From NCBI RefSeq assembly GCF_009914755.1, contig NC_060935.1: a stretch of DNA of 64,000 nt; one strand, written 5' to 3'. The notes beneath the pieces were generated by a model. That model ran no database searches. It was given only the letters and a program-made list of their open reading frames with translations, and had not been told where the DNA came from. This document shows, in pieces, positions 14,411 through 27,904 of this stretch (position 1 is the first letter of the stretch; each line of letters begins with the position of its first letter). This DNA is from the human T2T-CHM13v2.0 reference genome, Homo sapiens. The translations under genes and the position numbers were made by a program.

Positions 14411-14920
14411 AATTCAGCCAATAAACGTCCTTTGAACACTTACTATGGCTAAGCATGGGGGCACAACTGTAAACCAGAGAGAGTCCCTGCCTCAGGGAGC
14501 TGGGAGTCAGTGGGAGAGATGAATAAACAGGCAACGACGATGCAGTGTGATGGATGCTCCAGTGGAAGAGTCCAGAGCACCGGGATGATGTGTAGGGAGA
14601 GCCACTCACCAGACATGGCAGTTCTTGGAAAATGTCCACTGGGGACATGACATCCAAGCTGAAACCCGAAGGACAAATAGGGGACAGGGAGATGAAGACG
14701 GGGGCTGCAGAGCGTTCCAGGCTGTGGAGGCAGCGTGTGCAAAGGCTGGGAGGTCAGAAAGAACACACTCTGCTCCGGTGATGGCATGTTTGGTCTGGCC
14801 TGGAGCAGAGCTGCAGGGGAAGCTGTGAGGCATGAGGCAGAGAGGTAAGCCAGGAGTAGTTTGCAGACCCCTGGCTGGGCAGCTTTCCAATCTGGAACAG
14901 TGGGTCATGGAGCCATCACA
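14411..14920 (-). mobile_element. LINE-2 fragment
   Basis: Antisense L2 3' region (gtccctgcctcagggagct; gttccaggc...gcgtgtgcaaaggctgggagg). Confidence 0.7.
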
Positions 14921-15469
14921 TTCCCAAACCCACAGCGCTTCCCTCTCACCAACCCTGTAGCCTGCAGTCTTCACTGTGCTCTCGACTCCCCCAGCCTTTC
15001 ATTGTATGTGGAAGAGGAGCCAGAAATGCACCCAAACTGAAAGAGGAGCACGCAGCACCAATCCCTGAATCAAAATAAAAATCCGGCTGCACTTTATCTC
15101 GCTGAAGGACTGTAATCTGGGAGATATTCATTTAACATATTTCTGTCTCTGAATGGCTTTTACTTTTCACTAAATTGAAACCGCAGTACAATATATGTGA
15201 ATGATTAGGTTGTGTAATACATTCCAGCAAATTTAGATTAGGAATGATTATGACTTAAGTAAAATAGTTGAACACAATTCTTATTGCCATCTATCTTTTC
15301 ACTTCTTTTTAGTTTTCATGAGAGTGAGTGAATGCAAGGAATGAATGACTCTAAGGAGAGCTGGGCCCTGGTACAGGGAGGGGCAGAGGTCTGTCTTTGG
15401 AAGGCTTTAGGAAGAAGGGAGAGGTGGACTGGAAGACTCAGATCTAGGGCTCGGGGGAAAGCATTGGGC

Positions 15470-15860
15470 CATGAGGTAGATTGGGGACAAGTCCTATATC
15501 TGCCGTTTGCTAGCTGTGTGACCTCAGGCAAGTTACTTAAACTCTCTAGTCTTAGTTTCCCATCAGCAAAATGGGCTTTATTGTTCCCCGGCTCATGGAA
15601 TCATTGTGGGACACAATGAGATCAGGGACATGAGAGTAACACTGGCCAAGAGCTCAGATGGGGAGTCAAAGTCCTGATCAAAGTCTGGCTCTATCACTTA
15701 TTAGAGCTGTGTGGCCTTGCCCTTTGATACTCAGCTTCTCTGAGCCCCAGTTTCCTAATCCACAAAATGGGAATAAGTGTACTCAGCCACAGGTATCCTT
15801 GAAGAGAGGCTTAAATAGGATTTTTTTGCATGTTAATAGTGCTTTGCAAAATGCAAGTTA
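15470..15860 (+). mobile_element. Two tandem MIR SINEs
   Basis: tagctgtgtgacctcaggcaagttacttaaac; ctctgagccccagtttcctaatccacaaaatggg. Confidence 0.65.
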
Positions 15861-16039
15861 CCTGGGAGGGCTATGCTGGCTGATAGGGGTGGGAATAGGA
15901 ATTGGGGACTCCCCTTTCCTGGGATAGCGACCTGGAGGGGTTTGGGTGGAGCCTTGCTGCGGGCCCTGAGGCAGGGAGGGGAAGGAGAGGAGGAGTCCTT
16001 GCCAAAATTTCCCTTTGGAGTCCTAAGCCTTGCACGCGC

Positions 16040-16280
16040 CCTGGGCACTCCAATCCTCCTCACTCCACTGCTCTGTTTTCCCCATAGCATTGAACATGCT
16101 GTAACATTCTATATAATTTACCAATTTATTATGCTTTTGTTTAGAATCTGTTTCCCTGGTTCAAAGGTAAGGCCTACAAGGGCAGGGAGCTGTTTAATCC
16201 CCTGATAAATCCCAAGCACCTAGAGCACAGCTTGGCAGTTAGGAGGCATGCTCAGGAAATATACGTCAAATGAATGGATT
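16040..16280 (+). mobile_element. LINE-2 3' end
   Basis: agggcagggagc...cacctagagcacagcttggca...atgaatgga. Confidence 0.7.
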
Positions 16281-17619
16281 TATGAGTAGGGCTGGAATTC
16301 TGTCTCCTGAGAACAAGTGAGCTGAGGTGGGAAGAAGGTGGCGGTGGTGGGGGGACCAGGGGAGACGAGGGCATCAGTCACTCCAGCAGGGAGCTTGCTG
16401 CAGGGAGAAAGAGAGAACAGCAATTTGGGCCGTGAAGCCTGGCACTCATTCTTCAAGGGGGCTGCAAGCCCCCAGGATTTTCCTGGAACCCAGGGCACCC
16501 ACACACTAGCTGCCTCTCCCGGTCCCTTCCAGCAACCTGAGGAAATGCCTTCCAATCAGAGCAATTACTGCTGCCCTGGAGCCGCTGCCTCTCCAGGTGT
16601 CTGCCTCCTGCGGCTCTGGCTGGAGACAATATTTCTCCTCTGTTCATCACGAGAACAGGGACAACAAATAACACAATGGCAGATGAAGGGCCCTCCAAGC
16701 CCTCCAGAGCTGAAAGAGTCTGGGCTGTTGGCAGCGTCTGCGTGCAGGGGAACAGAAGCTACAACCTGCGTGGGGTGTGGGGATGACTGACTCTTCCTGG
16801 ATGGGGGCACTGTGGCCAGCTTTGTCCGGGAACTGTGCTGCTCCTGGTCCAGGCAGGCAGGGCTGTGGCAGCCGCCCTCCGCCCGCCCACCAGCAGGCAG
16901 GGACTCAGGGCACCATGGGCTTGGGAAACTGAGAGAGAGCTATGTGTGTCAGTTGTCTTGTTAAGTTTTTTCCCCTTGGTCTTAACCATGTAGGTACTCT
17001 TGTGTTCAAAGGAGGAAATGGAATCTCAGAGAGGCTGAGTCACTGGTGCATAGTAACACAGCTCATCACACAGCAGTGCTGGGATAAGTGCTCCCATGTT
17101 TCTGAACCCAAAGCACATCTCGTCGCTCTGGCACTGAGTGATCCGTGACACAGATGTACCTATAGGGCGTGAGTGCAGCCCCTTACCTCCCAGCCTCAGT
17201 TTCCCTACTAGTGCACCAGTCACTGAAGCTTGGGAGGTGTGTCAGTGACTCAACCCACTTTATCCTGCCACCTCACCTGACCTTGCTGGCATTTCATCCC
17301 TGCCTCCTGGGGCTGGGGCTGGACCTTGCCTAGTGCCCCAGCTGCCGGCTGAGGCTCTACTCAGTTACTCCTGAACGCTCCTCTTTCTACTGTGCCCCAT
17401 CCTTAGGAGCAGGGGCTCCCTCTGAATACCAGCCAGGGCCACTGCAGCAGAACATGCCACAGTCCTTTGAAAGCTGATCTCAACACCAGTATGGATACTA
17501 ACTCTGGCTTTCATTGTTGAGCATTTGTTGAGCTCAAATGTAAACCCAGGAACCAGATTCTGAGGGCTGCATACCTAACCATTATACAGGCCTGCCTCTT
17601 CCTCATTTGACATGGTCTT

Positions 17620-17810
17620 TTGACCTTAACTACCTTGGTTATTCGTTTTGTTAATACCCCCTTTCAAATTGATTTCTAGAACTGAACCCAAAATTCCAGA
17701 TGTAGCCTGATCAAGCAAAGCCTAGAAGAAGAACATCACCTCCCTCTGTTTTAAAAATTGCTTTGCAATTAATGCAGTCTAAGATTACACCCACTTTCCT
17801 GGGCCCCCAG
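17620..17810 (-). mobile_element. L3/CR1 LINE fragment
   Basis: agaactgaaccca..attccagatgtagcctga...atcacctccc...attaatgcagtctaagatt resembles antisense L3. Confidence 0.6.
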
Positions 17811-18394
17811 CTCCCAGAGTCGACTCCTATGGGGCTCTTCAGCCAGCCCTGTCTGCAGGGCTCTGCCTTAAATCCCTAAGTCTTCTAGAAACTAGCTGCT
17901 GTGGCAGACCTTTTGTGTGGCTGAGATCTGCAACACCCCAGCGGTCCCCACCTCAAGGGCTGTGTCTGCCGTGGCTGCATGCGGCCCTGCTGTGGCTCAC
18001 TGTGGACACAGCAGACGAAAGAGAACATGGTCTCAGCTAAGTGGGGGGCTGGAAGGAGGAGAAATGGTCTGTGAAGGTCACTGCCACTGTACGGTGAGTG
18101 ATCTGTCCCCATTTCAGCCTCAGTGGGAGAGTGATGGAGGGTGTAATTAGGGCTTGAGCTGTGCCTGTGGGGGCTGCTGCACCAGGCTCAAGGAGGCTGG
18201 GGACACAGCTGGTAGTCTCTGCCCTCCTAGATACCTTGGTAGCGGGAGCCGCCCTTCTTGGGACCACTCCCTTGCTGGCCATCCCAGCCAGGTCTTCCAT
18301 CCCTGTTCTCCCCACTCCTTCTCTCCTCAAAATTTGTCCTGTATGTCTCATTTCACCCATTCTCTTGAGGATTTGCCTTATTAGAAAGTGATCT

Positions 18395-18730
<336 letters not shown>

Positions 18731-19589
18731 TTAACATCTAACGACTGGCTGGACGCTTGTAACCAGGTGTATTCCACAGGTAACAATCCTTCACCAAGAG
18801 AATCCCTTAACCTAAAGGCATACATCCCTTAGGGTGAAATCCTGTGTGTTCTGGTGGGAGGTTTGTGCAAGGTTGGCCCCGGCTGGTTATAACAGCCAGG
18901 GCATTACTGCACATGTAACCTGCACTTCCCAGTGATGAGGAAATGGCAGCTCAGAGGGCTTCTACATCTTGCCCAAGATCTCAGACATGCTCTTCCTGTC
19001 CAGCCTTGTGTATACCAGCCATGCTCTGCCTTGCACCTGGACCTGAGGTCAGCTCTGGGGGCCCCATCAGGGTGGTAGTGCTTCTAGAAGGATCTGGCTG
19101 TTCAGAGAAAGCTCTCTGTCCTGAAGGCCTGAACTGGGTGAGGAACAGGAGCACTATAAATATTGCTACAATTTCTTCATCACCTGCCATGTCCTAGATA
19201 CTAAGTTAGGCTCTTTACAGCTCATACCGTGTTGTCATACGTATGACCATGCTCTGTTTTACCAGTAAGGAAACTGAAGTTCAGAAAGTTTAAGTAACTT
19301 ACACTTGGCCACTAAGTAGGAAGTCCTGGCAGGGGGAAAGGCAGGCCTGAGTCAGCCTGCCTTTGGGCCCTCTCACCACCCCTGGAGCCCAAGCAACATA
19401 GGCCTCTCATAGGGCCAACAGCTCCCACCCCTATCACATCCTTCAGGGTGCAGTGCCACGGCTGGGGGTCGCTTGCCTTTGGACTCTCCAGAGAGGAGTC
19501 CCTGGGACAGCTGAGGCCTTGCTCACAGCCCTAGGTGGGCCAGGAAATAACATTCCAGGGCCTTTTGTCGAGCCCCTAGGATGGGGACT

Positions 19590-19957
19590 TGCATGTGCTG
19601 GGTGCCTATGATGCCTCAGGCCTTGTTCTAGGTACTTTCCGAACAGTTATTGTCGTAATCCTTATAACAACACCATAACTTAATCCTTATAACAACACAA
19701 TACTATAAAGGTATCATTGTTCCCTTTATATGGATGAGAAATACTATGTCTTAATCCCTATAATACTATGTCTTATTATACAATGCTAGGTCTGAATCCT
19801 TATAACAACACAGTACTATAAAGGTACCATTGTTCCCTTTATATGGAGGAGAAAAGCAAGGCCAAGGGAAGTCTAAAGTTACATAGCTAAGAAAGTGGAA
19901 GGAGCTGAGATCTGACAGTTTCCAGCGATTCCAAACTCAGGCTCTTTCTCCTACACC
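19590..19957 (-). mobile_element. MIR SINE with internal serial duplications
   Basis: taatccttataacaac...; gttacatagctaagaaagtggaaggagctgagat. Confidence 0.6.
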
Positions 19958-20095
19958 CTGTAGCTTCTCCAAGAAGATTGGGGTCTAAAGGGGCAGAGCT
20001 TTCTCCAGGAGCTTCTGGTCCATTGAGGGAGATGGAATACATCAGGATGGAAAGGACCATGGCAAAAAACCCACACAGTACACTCTGCATGCCTG
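19845..20095 (+). repeat. Inverted repeat A, left arm
   Basis: Similar to the reverse complement of 21739-21995; core 19892-19992 vs 21847-21947 is 97/101 identical. Confidence 0.95.
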
Positions 20096-21079
20096 CTGTG
20101 CGGGAAACAGCGCGCCTGGGGCCAGAGGGAAGGGAGGAGGGAGCCAGGGTGGGGAGCCCAGGAGGCACATCAGGGGAGGCCTTGGGGAAGACGTGAGTTT
20201 AGCACCAGTCGCAGGTAAGGCCTTTTTCTGTGTGCTCTGGGAAGAGAAAGCTATTGAGCTGGGTGTGGTCACAGCAGGGAAGGGCTGGGAGCAAGACACT
20301 CTCAGCTCAGGCAGAAAAGGCCTGTTGTTGAGAGAACCGATGCAGGCTGCCGCTGGGAGCAGAGGGCTGGGCGTGGCGTACCTTTCTTTCCTGTGAGGGG
20401 GCTAGGAGCTGGCTGGGGTGGGAGGGCTGAGGGGAGCAGGCACATGGTCCAGCCACGTTAGGAGGCTTGCACAAAGGGCTTCTAGGCCTGAAGCCTCCAG
20501 CTCCCACCCCGTCAGCCGACTTGCAGATTGTCTGAATGGGTCTCCAATAGGAAAAAAGCCAGGGCTTTGGAGAAACAGATGCTTACCACGGAACCAGGAT
20601 GCTGTCGTCTGCAGGTCACCCCTGTGTGGATACAGACCGTGGGCCAGGAGGCTCTTCAGAGCAGTTCTCCCACAGCTCATCCTGTAATTGACTGACTCAT
20701 CGGTCACTGCTTGCGCGCTCAGCCATTGTTAACTGGTGACTTGAAAATTACCTTTATTTAGCACCGTTATCGGGAGGCTTCAGGGGCGCCAGCATTTCCA
20801 CGCCACCAGCTCTCTCTGGCTGATGGCAGCAAGCAGCCTCATCACACTGTCCCCAGCTCTAAGCCACAGCCACTCCCTACCCACTGTGGGGACCAGGGAG
20901 GGGCCCTCGTGCTAAGTGGATGCAGTAGGCAGGCCAGTACCTCCCAACCTGCTGTGACCCCCTCTGGGTACAGGTGGGCAATGAACACCCGGCTGGACCT
21001 GTGGCCTGCTGTCTGTTCTCCTCTGACTTGCTTGTCTGCTGATCATTTCTCCATAGCCACGTTGCCCTGTATGCATGAG

Positions 21080-21265
21080 ACAATCTGGAATGGGGGTCAT
21101 CCATGGGGTCTGGGCCTGCACGGAGTGGAATTAATTGCAGAACTTGTGCAATTCCTTAATTCTGAGTGAACGTGCATATAAGCCTTAGGGAGAGAGAACA
21201 TTCATAGCTTTTAGTAGATTCTCAAGAGGATTTGTGAGCCCTAGGAAGCTGGGAAGCCAGGTTCT
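21080..21265. mobile_element. hAT-Charlie MITE fragment (MER103-like)
   Basis: catagcttttagtagattctcaagagg; similar copy at ~47910-48075. Confidence 0.45.
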
Positions 21266-21738
21266 GAGTCATGGTTCTCAGATCACCCCTCCAGGAAGCT
21301 GCTCAGGTTAGCCCATTGCACCGTTGCCATCACTGCGAGACTCAGGGGGTCCAGTGGTGCAATACAACTGTCCCCCTCCACCCAGAGGGCAAGGCCAGGT
21401 CTGTACTCTGCTCAGTGGTGGATGCAGATGACAAATCACAAAGAGAGAACAAAGAGATGACATTTGCAGAAACTCCTGCCTTTCACTTTCTGCTTTATTG
21501 GGGAAAAGAAATCACATCCCCAGGCTCCCTTCCCTCTGTCCATTGGCACAGTGTATCCTCCTCCCATCCTCCACCCCTCCCTCCTGGTCACAGGTTCTGC
21601 CCTGAGATCTGAAGTAAGCTGTGGGACTCATCTACCTGGAGAAGAAGGCAGGCAGAAGAGGAAGGGAGGGAAGGATGGAGGAGCTGGTGAAAACTAACAG
21701 TAAGGTGAAGGGTAGGGCTGGGGGCTGGGTCGGAGCCA

Positions 21739-21995
21739 CAGGATTCATGGCGTACTGTGATTTTTTTTGTTGTTGCTATGGTCCTTTCTACCTGGATGAA
21801 TTCCATCTCCCTCATTGGACCAGAAGCTCCTCGAGGAAACTCTGCGCCCTTTAGACTCCAATCTTCTTGGAGAAGCTACAGGGTGTAGGAGAAAGAACAT
21901 GAGTTTGGAATCGCTGGAAACTGTCAAATCTCAGCTCCTTCCACTTTTTTCGCTGTGTAACTTTAGAATTCCTTTAGCCTCGTTTTTCCTTCTTT
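21739..21995 (-). repeat. Inverted repeat A, right arm
   Basis: Similar to the reverse complement of 19845-20095. Confidence 0.95.
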
Positions 21996-22695
21996 CTTTC
22001 CACATAGCATGGGGCCTTCAACTGCTGGAGGGTCTGGGCGGTCATTTATCCTTGCTGGGCCTCAGAGGCCTCATGAGTGGTGCCTTTAAGAGTGCAATGA
22101 GGCCGCAGCAGAAACTATCTCTAAGGCCAGCTCTTAAATTCTCTAACCCATGCTCCTGGCCAACTCTCCTCTGTCCAGCCGCAGGTCCTCATAGAAAGGC
22201 AGAGACACTGAATAGAACATAGAAGGGGTTGTTTTCCTAAAGCTCATATAAAATTCTGAAGCCTCAGCGATGGAACCTGCATTTGGGAGCTGCTCGATCT
22301 TTTCTGTTAGCATTTCCGCCACGTGCTTCTCAGCGTTTTGCCCCAGTTGGCCTTCCGCCCCTGGGAGGGGGAACAATGTCTCCTGGTGAAAGTCACTTTG
22401 CAGCTGCCCTGGGCCCTCGGACCCTCAGGGGCCTTCTGGGTTGTGAGGCGTGGGGCACCCCGTCCTGAGCGTGCCCTGAAGATGGGCACAGAGCTCCCCC
22501 AGCTGCCGTGGCACTGTTTCCATGCAGCTGTGGGGATGGTGACAAGGCCTGAGGGCTGTCAGCCCGGCTGAGAGCACTCAAGAGCCACTTCACCGGCCTT
22601 CTTTTCTCTTTCCAAGGCTCTTAACCCACTTGTGGAGGGGGTGGCGGGTGAGGGGCTGAAGAGGGTGGATGTCCACTTTGGGCAGACAAAGGAGC

Positions 22696-22767
22696 TGCAG
22701 TCAGCCTCCTCTCCAGCCTGGCTCTGGAGAAATGCAGTCAGCCTCCCCTCCAGCCTGGCTCCAGAGA
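22696..22767. repeat. 37-bp tandem duplication
   Basis: tgcagtcagcctcc.ctccagcctggctc at 22696 and 22733. Confidence 0.85.
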
Positions 22768-23814
22768 TCCGGAGCTGAGGGCAGTGTAGGAGCTGGCAGG
22801 GCCCTTGGCAAAGTGGAGCCCAGCAGGCTAGTTGTCCCAGGTTTATCGCCCAGGATTGGGGGGCTCTGTGTGGCTCCTGTCTTAGCTGATGACTCAGATC
22901 TTGGACTATTTCTCCCTTATCAAGGTCTTCCTCATCCTAAACTTGGCCTTGATTTGAGCCTCTTTAGTTTACCAAGTGTTTACCTGAATTATCTCATTTA
23001 ATTTCACAGCAACCGGTAAGGGATGCATTGTGAGCATCATCTTACTGAGGACTCAGTGGCTATGACTCAGGACTGTGTCCTTTGCCTAAGGAAGGCCACA
23101 CAGCTAGTCAGTGGCAGAGATAGGACTAGAATGAGTTCTTTTTCTCCCAGGGAGACCCAGTGGCCAGAAGGCACCTGCAGCCAGGCCACACCGCCCCCTT
23201 AGGAGCGATGGGGGACAGCAAGAACTGACAAGCCCTGATGGCATACAAAGCCTCCAGGTGACCAGCAGTGACAGACGCCAGCCAGGACATCCTTTCCAGA
23301 ACCTTCTCTAGCTCTGCTGGCATAAGCAGCACCTGGTTTTCAAAGGCTTTCTTTGGTGTGTGTCTATGGTCATAAAGAATTGTAATAAACAATGATTAAG
23401 GGTCACAATATAGGCTGGTGCTGTGTTTCCTCCCTTAGGAGCAGAGGAAAGTGGTTGAGGTCTCCAAGCAGGTGGGGAGCCCTTGGCCCCTAGGAAGGCA
23501 GGAAAGTCTCCCAGGATAAATCTGTCTGTTCTAGGCTCTGGTGAACCCAACGGAAAGCCCTACGAGCCTGGCTGGTGGCTGAGCTGCCTTCTCCATAGGC
23601 TGTTCACCAATCTCGAGAGTCACCTGCCATGAAGTCCCAGGAGTTCTGACATCCAGTGTTCATGCCCATGGAGCAACCAACAAGAATGTTCTGTTCACTG
23701 CCGCATCCTTAGATCTAACACAGCACCTGGCATATGGTAGATGTTGAGTACATTGTCAAACAAACGTAAGTGAAAGGAAACCTACAAGATCATCATCTGC
23801 AGATAAGTCACAAA

Positions 23815-23930
23815 TTATTAGCCCTATTTTTAGAGGTGGTAGTGAGGCCCAGAGAGGTAAAGTAACATGCCCAATGTCACACAGCCAGTTAGTGAGGGAA
23901 GTGCCAGACTCTAGGTCTCCTTTCACTATA
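23815..23930 (-). mobile_element. MIR SINE
   Basis: gaggcccagagaggtaaagtaacatgcccaatgtcacacagc. Confidence 0.7.
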
Positions 23931-25744
23931 CTCTGTCCCTTCTGAAGGGGGGAAGGTAGGAATGTGATGACCTCGGCCCCAGGGCCAAGATATGTTCTTG
24001 CCATGTTTCTTAGCTGCATTGAGTTGACAGTGATCTGATGTGGCTAGGTAATGAAGAGATGGTTTTTCTCTGGGAAGTGACTCTGCTCCCTGACTTCTGG
24101 CAGGCATGCGGGAGTGGGGAGGAGGTATCTCTGTGTGGAGCTCTACATTCTGTCTTAGGAGCACAAAGCTCTTCACAGCTCACCTACGCATCTTGAGCCC
24201 AGCTTTCTTCTTCCAGGAAGGGGGAATGAAAGCAACTATTAATAAGGTAATAAGAACTGAATCAACCATCCAGCCTGGTCTTCCAGAAGAGTTTGATGGC
24301 CTCTAGCCTTGGGCAAGAGAGACAGAGCCCGGGCTGCAGTTTCCTGGCCTAAAGGATGAGTGTCTGCAGATCCATCTACCAGTTTCTAGAATCTTTAAAG
24401 CAGCAGGAGGAAGCAGGATGGGGCATTATATGGGCTCTAGTCTCTTTACAAAGTCATTCAGAGGAAAACAGGGACCTAGGAGAATTTTGGAGTGTGGTAG
24501 CCAGACAGACCTCTCAGAAATTCCCTTGATTTACACTAGCCATCACCAAAATCCCTGTGTCTCCATTCTCTCCCTTTGGAGGGCCGTTCCCAGCACGAGT
24601 TACCCAGAACTACCCACCCAATCAGAGCCCTTGGCTCTCTGTGGCAGGGGGCCCTCTCTGGTCAAGAGCAGCCTCGCTGGTCCTGGAGCCTGGGCCAGAG
24701 CCCGCCTGTCACTCTGCAGCTCCGCAATGTCGGGACACCAAAGGGCAGTGCCAGTAGCCCGCTGCAAGCTGACAAGGCTGAGTTCACATCAGTGCTGAGG
24801 AGTCGACAGGACCATCTGAATTAAGTGGCCAAGTTTAGTTTTTAATTAAGTCCCCGTGGTCTTTTAAAAAGGTCACTGACGACACCATCTTCTTTAAGGC
24901 CAATATGAAAAGACATTCAAAGTCAAAGTTCTGAGATGGGAGCCTTGTAACTTGAAATGTCACAGGAAGAAATTTGGAAACAGGGAAAGAGGAAGCTGGT
25001 GGGAAGGACAACCCTGTCACATTCTTTTGCCGTCAGCTTCACAGTTCCCACTTGGAGCTCCAAACTATTTCGGTCTCAAAGGGCAAGTGGTCCCAAGGTT
25101 CTCTCGAGTGCCTTCCCCGACAGAGGATTGTGGAGCCTCTTGTTTGCTGTGCCAGTGAAAAACAGAGCCCTTGTGGTCCCTGACACGGAATAAAAGTTGA
25201 TAGCAATGGGGCAGAATGTGGCAACTTACCCCTGATGGCTGAGGAATTAACAAAAATGTATGCAATTGGTCACCATCCTCTGCACCCATTCCTGTCTTCA
25301 CTTTTCTACCTACCTTGATCAGTACTGTATCATTTGGAAGTACAGTTCTGTCTAAAACAGAGCACAGCAGCCACTTAAGTCACCCATAGCATCCTATGAG
25401 GATTGTACAGTGAGAGCAAAGACCTGTGCCTGGCTTAGACCCCTAAGAGAAGTAGAGACTTGAGGTAATTTGAGCAGAGTGGACCACACCTCCTAGAGAA
25501 GAGATTTGGACCAGCCAATAGCTAATGAGCAGGCGCAAGAATATTTTCCTGGAGTTCTTGGCTCACGCCAATGTCTGAAGAGCGGGACTTTCTGAGTGGT
25601 GAAGCGTTCAGTGACTTTGCTAGGGTCAGAGGGGTTGGAAGTGCTCAGTAGTGTGTGTCACATTTTGTTCATGTTTGCAATAGGCCATGTAGGAAGTGGA
25701 AAGAATTTTGGATTTAGATTCAGGAAATTTGGGTCTTGGGGCAA

Positions 25745-26183
25745 AGAGTGCTATTTGCCTACCTAGTATACATTCTCCCATTTATTTACCATTACAGTAC
25801 TTTCATTGTTGGTGTGGCAGGTTACCCAAGTTAACCAAATATGGATTTCCTAGCCTTCCTTAAGAAGCTAGAGGTGATTGATGCGAATATTCAGAGATCA
25901 CTGGTAGGCTTCTTTAAAGATGGCTGATTCACCTGGGAGGTGCACCTCTTTTGTCCTTTCCTCTTGTTTCTTCTTCCTGCCTGAAATGTGGGGCTGATGA
26001 CTGGAGCTTCAGCAGCCATTTTATGACCATGAGGTATGACCCAAGAATGGAAGCCAGTGCTAAGGATGGGCTGCCCATCTACTCCTGGTCTTCATTTTAT
26101 GTGAGAGAAAAGCAAACCCCTAATTTGCTTATGCCACTTACTTTGGATCTCTGCTACACCCAGTTGAATGCCAAACTGATACA
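25745..26183 (+). mobile_element. MLT1 (MaLR) solo LTR inserted in a MIR
   Basis: ggagcttcagcagccattttatgaccatgagg; atgtgagagaaaa...; ends ctgataca; MIR resumes at ~26190-26290. Confidence 0.75.
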
Positions 26184-27339
26184 CATTGATTGCCCACTCT
26201 GTCATTCACTCCTGAGGGACTTTGGGCAAGTCACTTAATTTTTCTGGGCTTCGGTTTCCTTACCTCTGCAGTGGGAATAATAATTCTGGCTTTGTCTTGC
26301 AAGCGTTACTTCTGACCTGTAGGGCTCACTCTTAGGCTTCCTAGAATGTTCTCAACCCCAGTCTGAAGATCACGTGGTTTTTGTGCCTGAGCAGTGGCTG
26401 CCTCCCTCCCATTGTTTGGCCAGATAATTGTTCCCAAACTAAGAAATGTGCCTGCCTTCCGACTTCAATGGCTGTTATAAAGTCCCCTTGTGGGCTCCCA
26501 TTTTCTAGAGACACAATAGCTTTTCCTGGTTTGCCCAGGCCTCACCCCTCCTTGCTGGGTGCAGAGACATCTGCTGTTTCAAGCTGCTAAAAGAGAAGCT
26601 TCAAAGAACCCCACATTGGCCCCTCTTAGGGCTCTGACTCATATAAATGTTTCTAGAAATCCTCAAAAGCCTTATTAATCTGTTAAGACATCCCAGAAGC
26701 AGGAGTCTGCACACCCAATTTCCACGGCTTTTCAGCTGCTTCCATTGTCTCAGCCGCATTGTCCCTGCTCGGTGTCTTGGCCCCTAATGGACTCTCTCTG
26801 AGGCAGGCACGCTTTCGGCTGCACCTGCTATTCCATTGCCTGACTCTTTTCTTCTTCTTCTCTGTTCTCTTTAACTCTTAAAATGAAAAGGTGACCAGCT
26901 CTTCCTGGGCTGTTTACTCCTCTAGCTCCCCTGTGCGGGTCTCTGCTTCACCCCCTTTCTCTTCTGGCATGTGGCTGGATCTGAGTCAGAGACATAGAGG
27001 CCCACATAGAAAGTAGGGGCCCATTTGTCTTTTCCATCAAATGGAAGCCTCTAGGGGTCTGTCATTCCTCATGCCTAGCCAAGATACCGGGTATCCCCAC
27101 AAGCCTCTGAAGGGGACCTGCTTACAGCTCTTGCATATAGAAGCTCTAATCAGGCTTCTCCAGGAACTCCCTCATCTCTGGTCCATACAGTAATGACCCT
27201 CTGATGTGTAACCTTCACTGTGGTTGAAGGGCCCTGGAGAAAGAGCCAGAAGACCAGGGCTCTGTTCCTGACTTGACCCCAGCTGGTTTCTATTTTCTTA
27301 GACTAGCATCAGGGGACTTAACTTGACAGCCAAGGTCCC

Positions 27340-27904
27340 ATGGTGGGCAGCTTGCCAATTACTCCTGCCTCCTGGTTTTCAGACCCCTGTGTGCTCCCTT
27401 CCCTTGAGTATGGGCTAGACCTGGTGACTTGCTTCTAACCAATAGAACACAGCGAGAGTGATGGGCTATCACCTCTCTAGTTAAGTTATAAAAGACTAGT
27501 TTGCGTGTTCTGTCCTGTTGGCTCTCTCTTTTTCTCTCTGTCTCTCCTTCTCAGATGCTTGCTTTGATGAAGAAAGCTGCTATATTGGAGAGGCCCATGT
27601 GGCAAGAACTTGAGTGTAGCCTGTAGCCAGTATCCAGTGGGCAAATGAGGCTCTCAATCCAACAGCCTACAAGGAATTGAATCCAACTGACAAGCATGTG
27701 AGTGAGCTTGGAAGCCAACCCTGCCCCAGGTAAGCCTTGAGATGGTAAAGCCCTGACTTACATCTTGATTGCAGCCTTGGGAGAGACCTTGAAGCAGAGG
27801 GCCCATCTAAGCTGTGCCCAGATTCTTGACCCACATATATTTAGAGGTAATAAATGTCTATTGTCTTAAACTGCTAATTTTAATACAGCAAGAAATAACT
27901 AATC
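27340..27904 (+). mobile_element. MLT1F-like MaLR solo LTR
   Basis: gtgacttgcttctaaccaatagaa; gagaggcccatgtggcaag; gtgagtgagcttggaagc; aataaatg...aataactaat. Confidence 0.85.

Noticed and set aside
19887-22222. ORFs 19887..20168(-) and 21815..22222(+) share a peptide (PLD.NLLGEATGCRRK..SLESLETV.SQLLPL), suggesting paralogous genes
   Set aside because: The similarity is a by-product of DNA inverted repeat A, which is partly MIR-derived. There is no domain or splice structure, and the frames diverge outside the arms.
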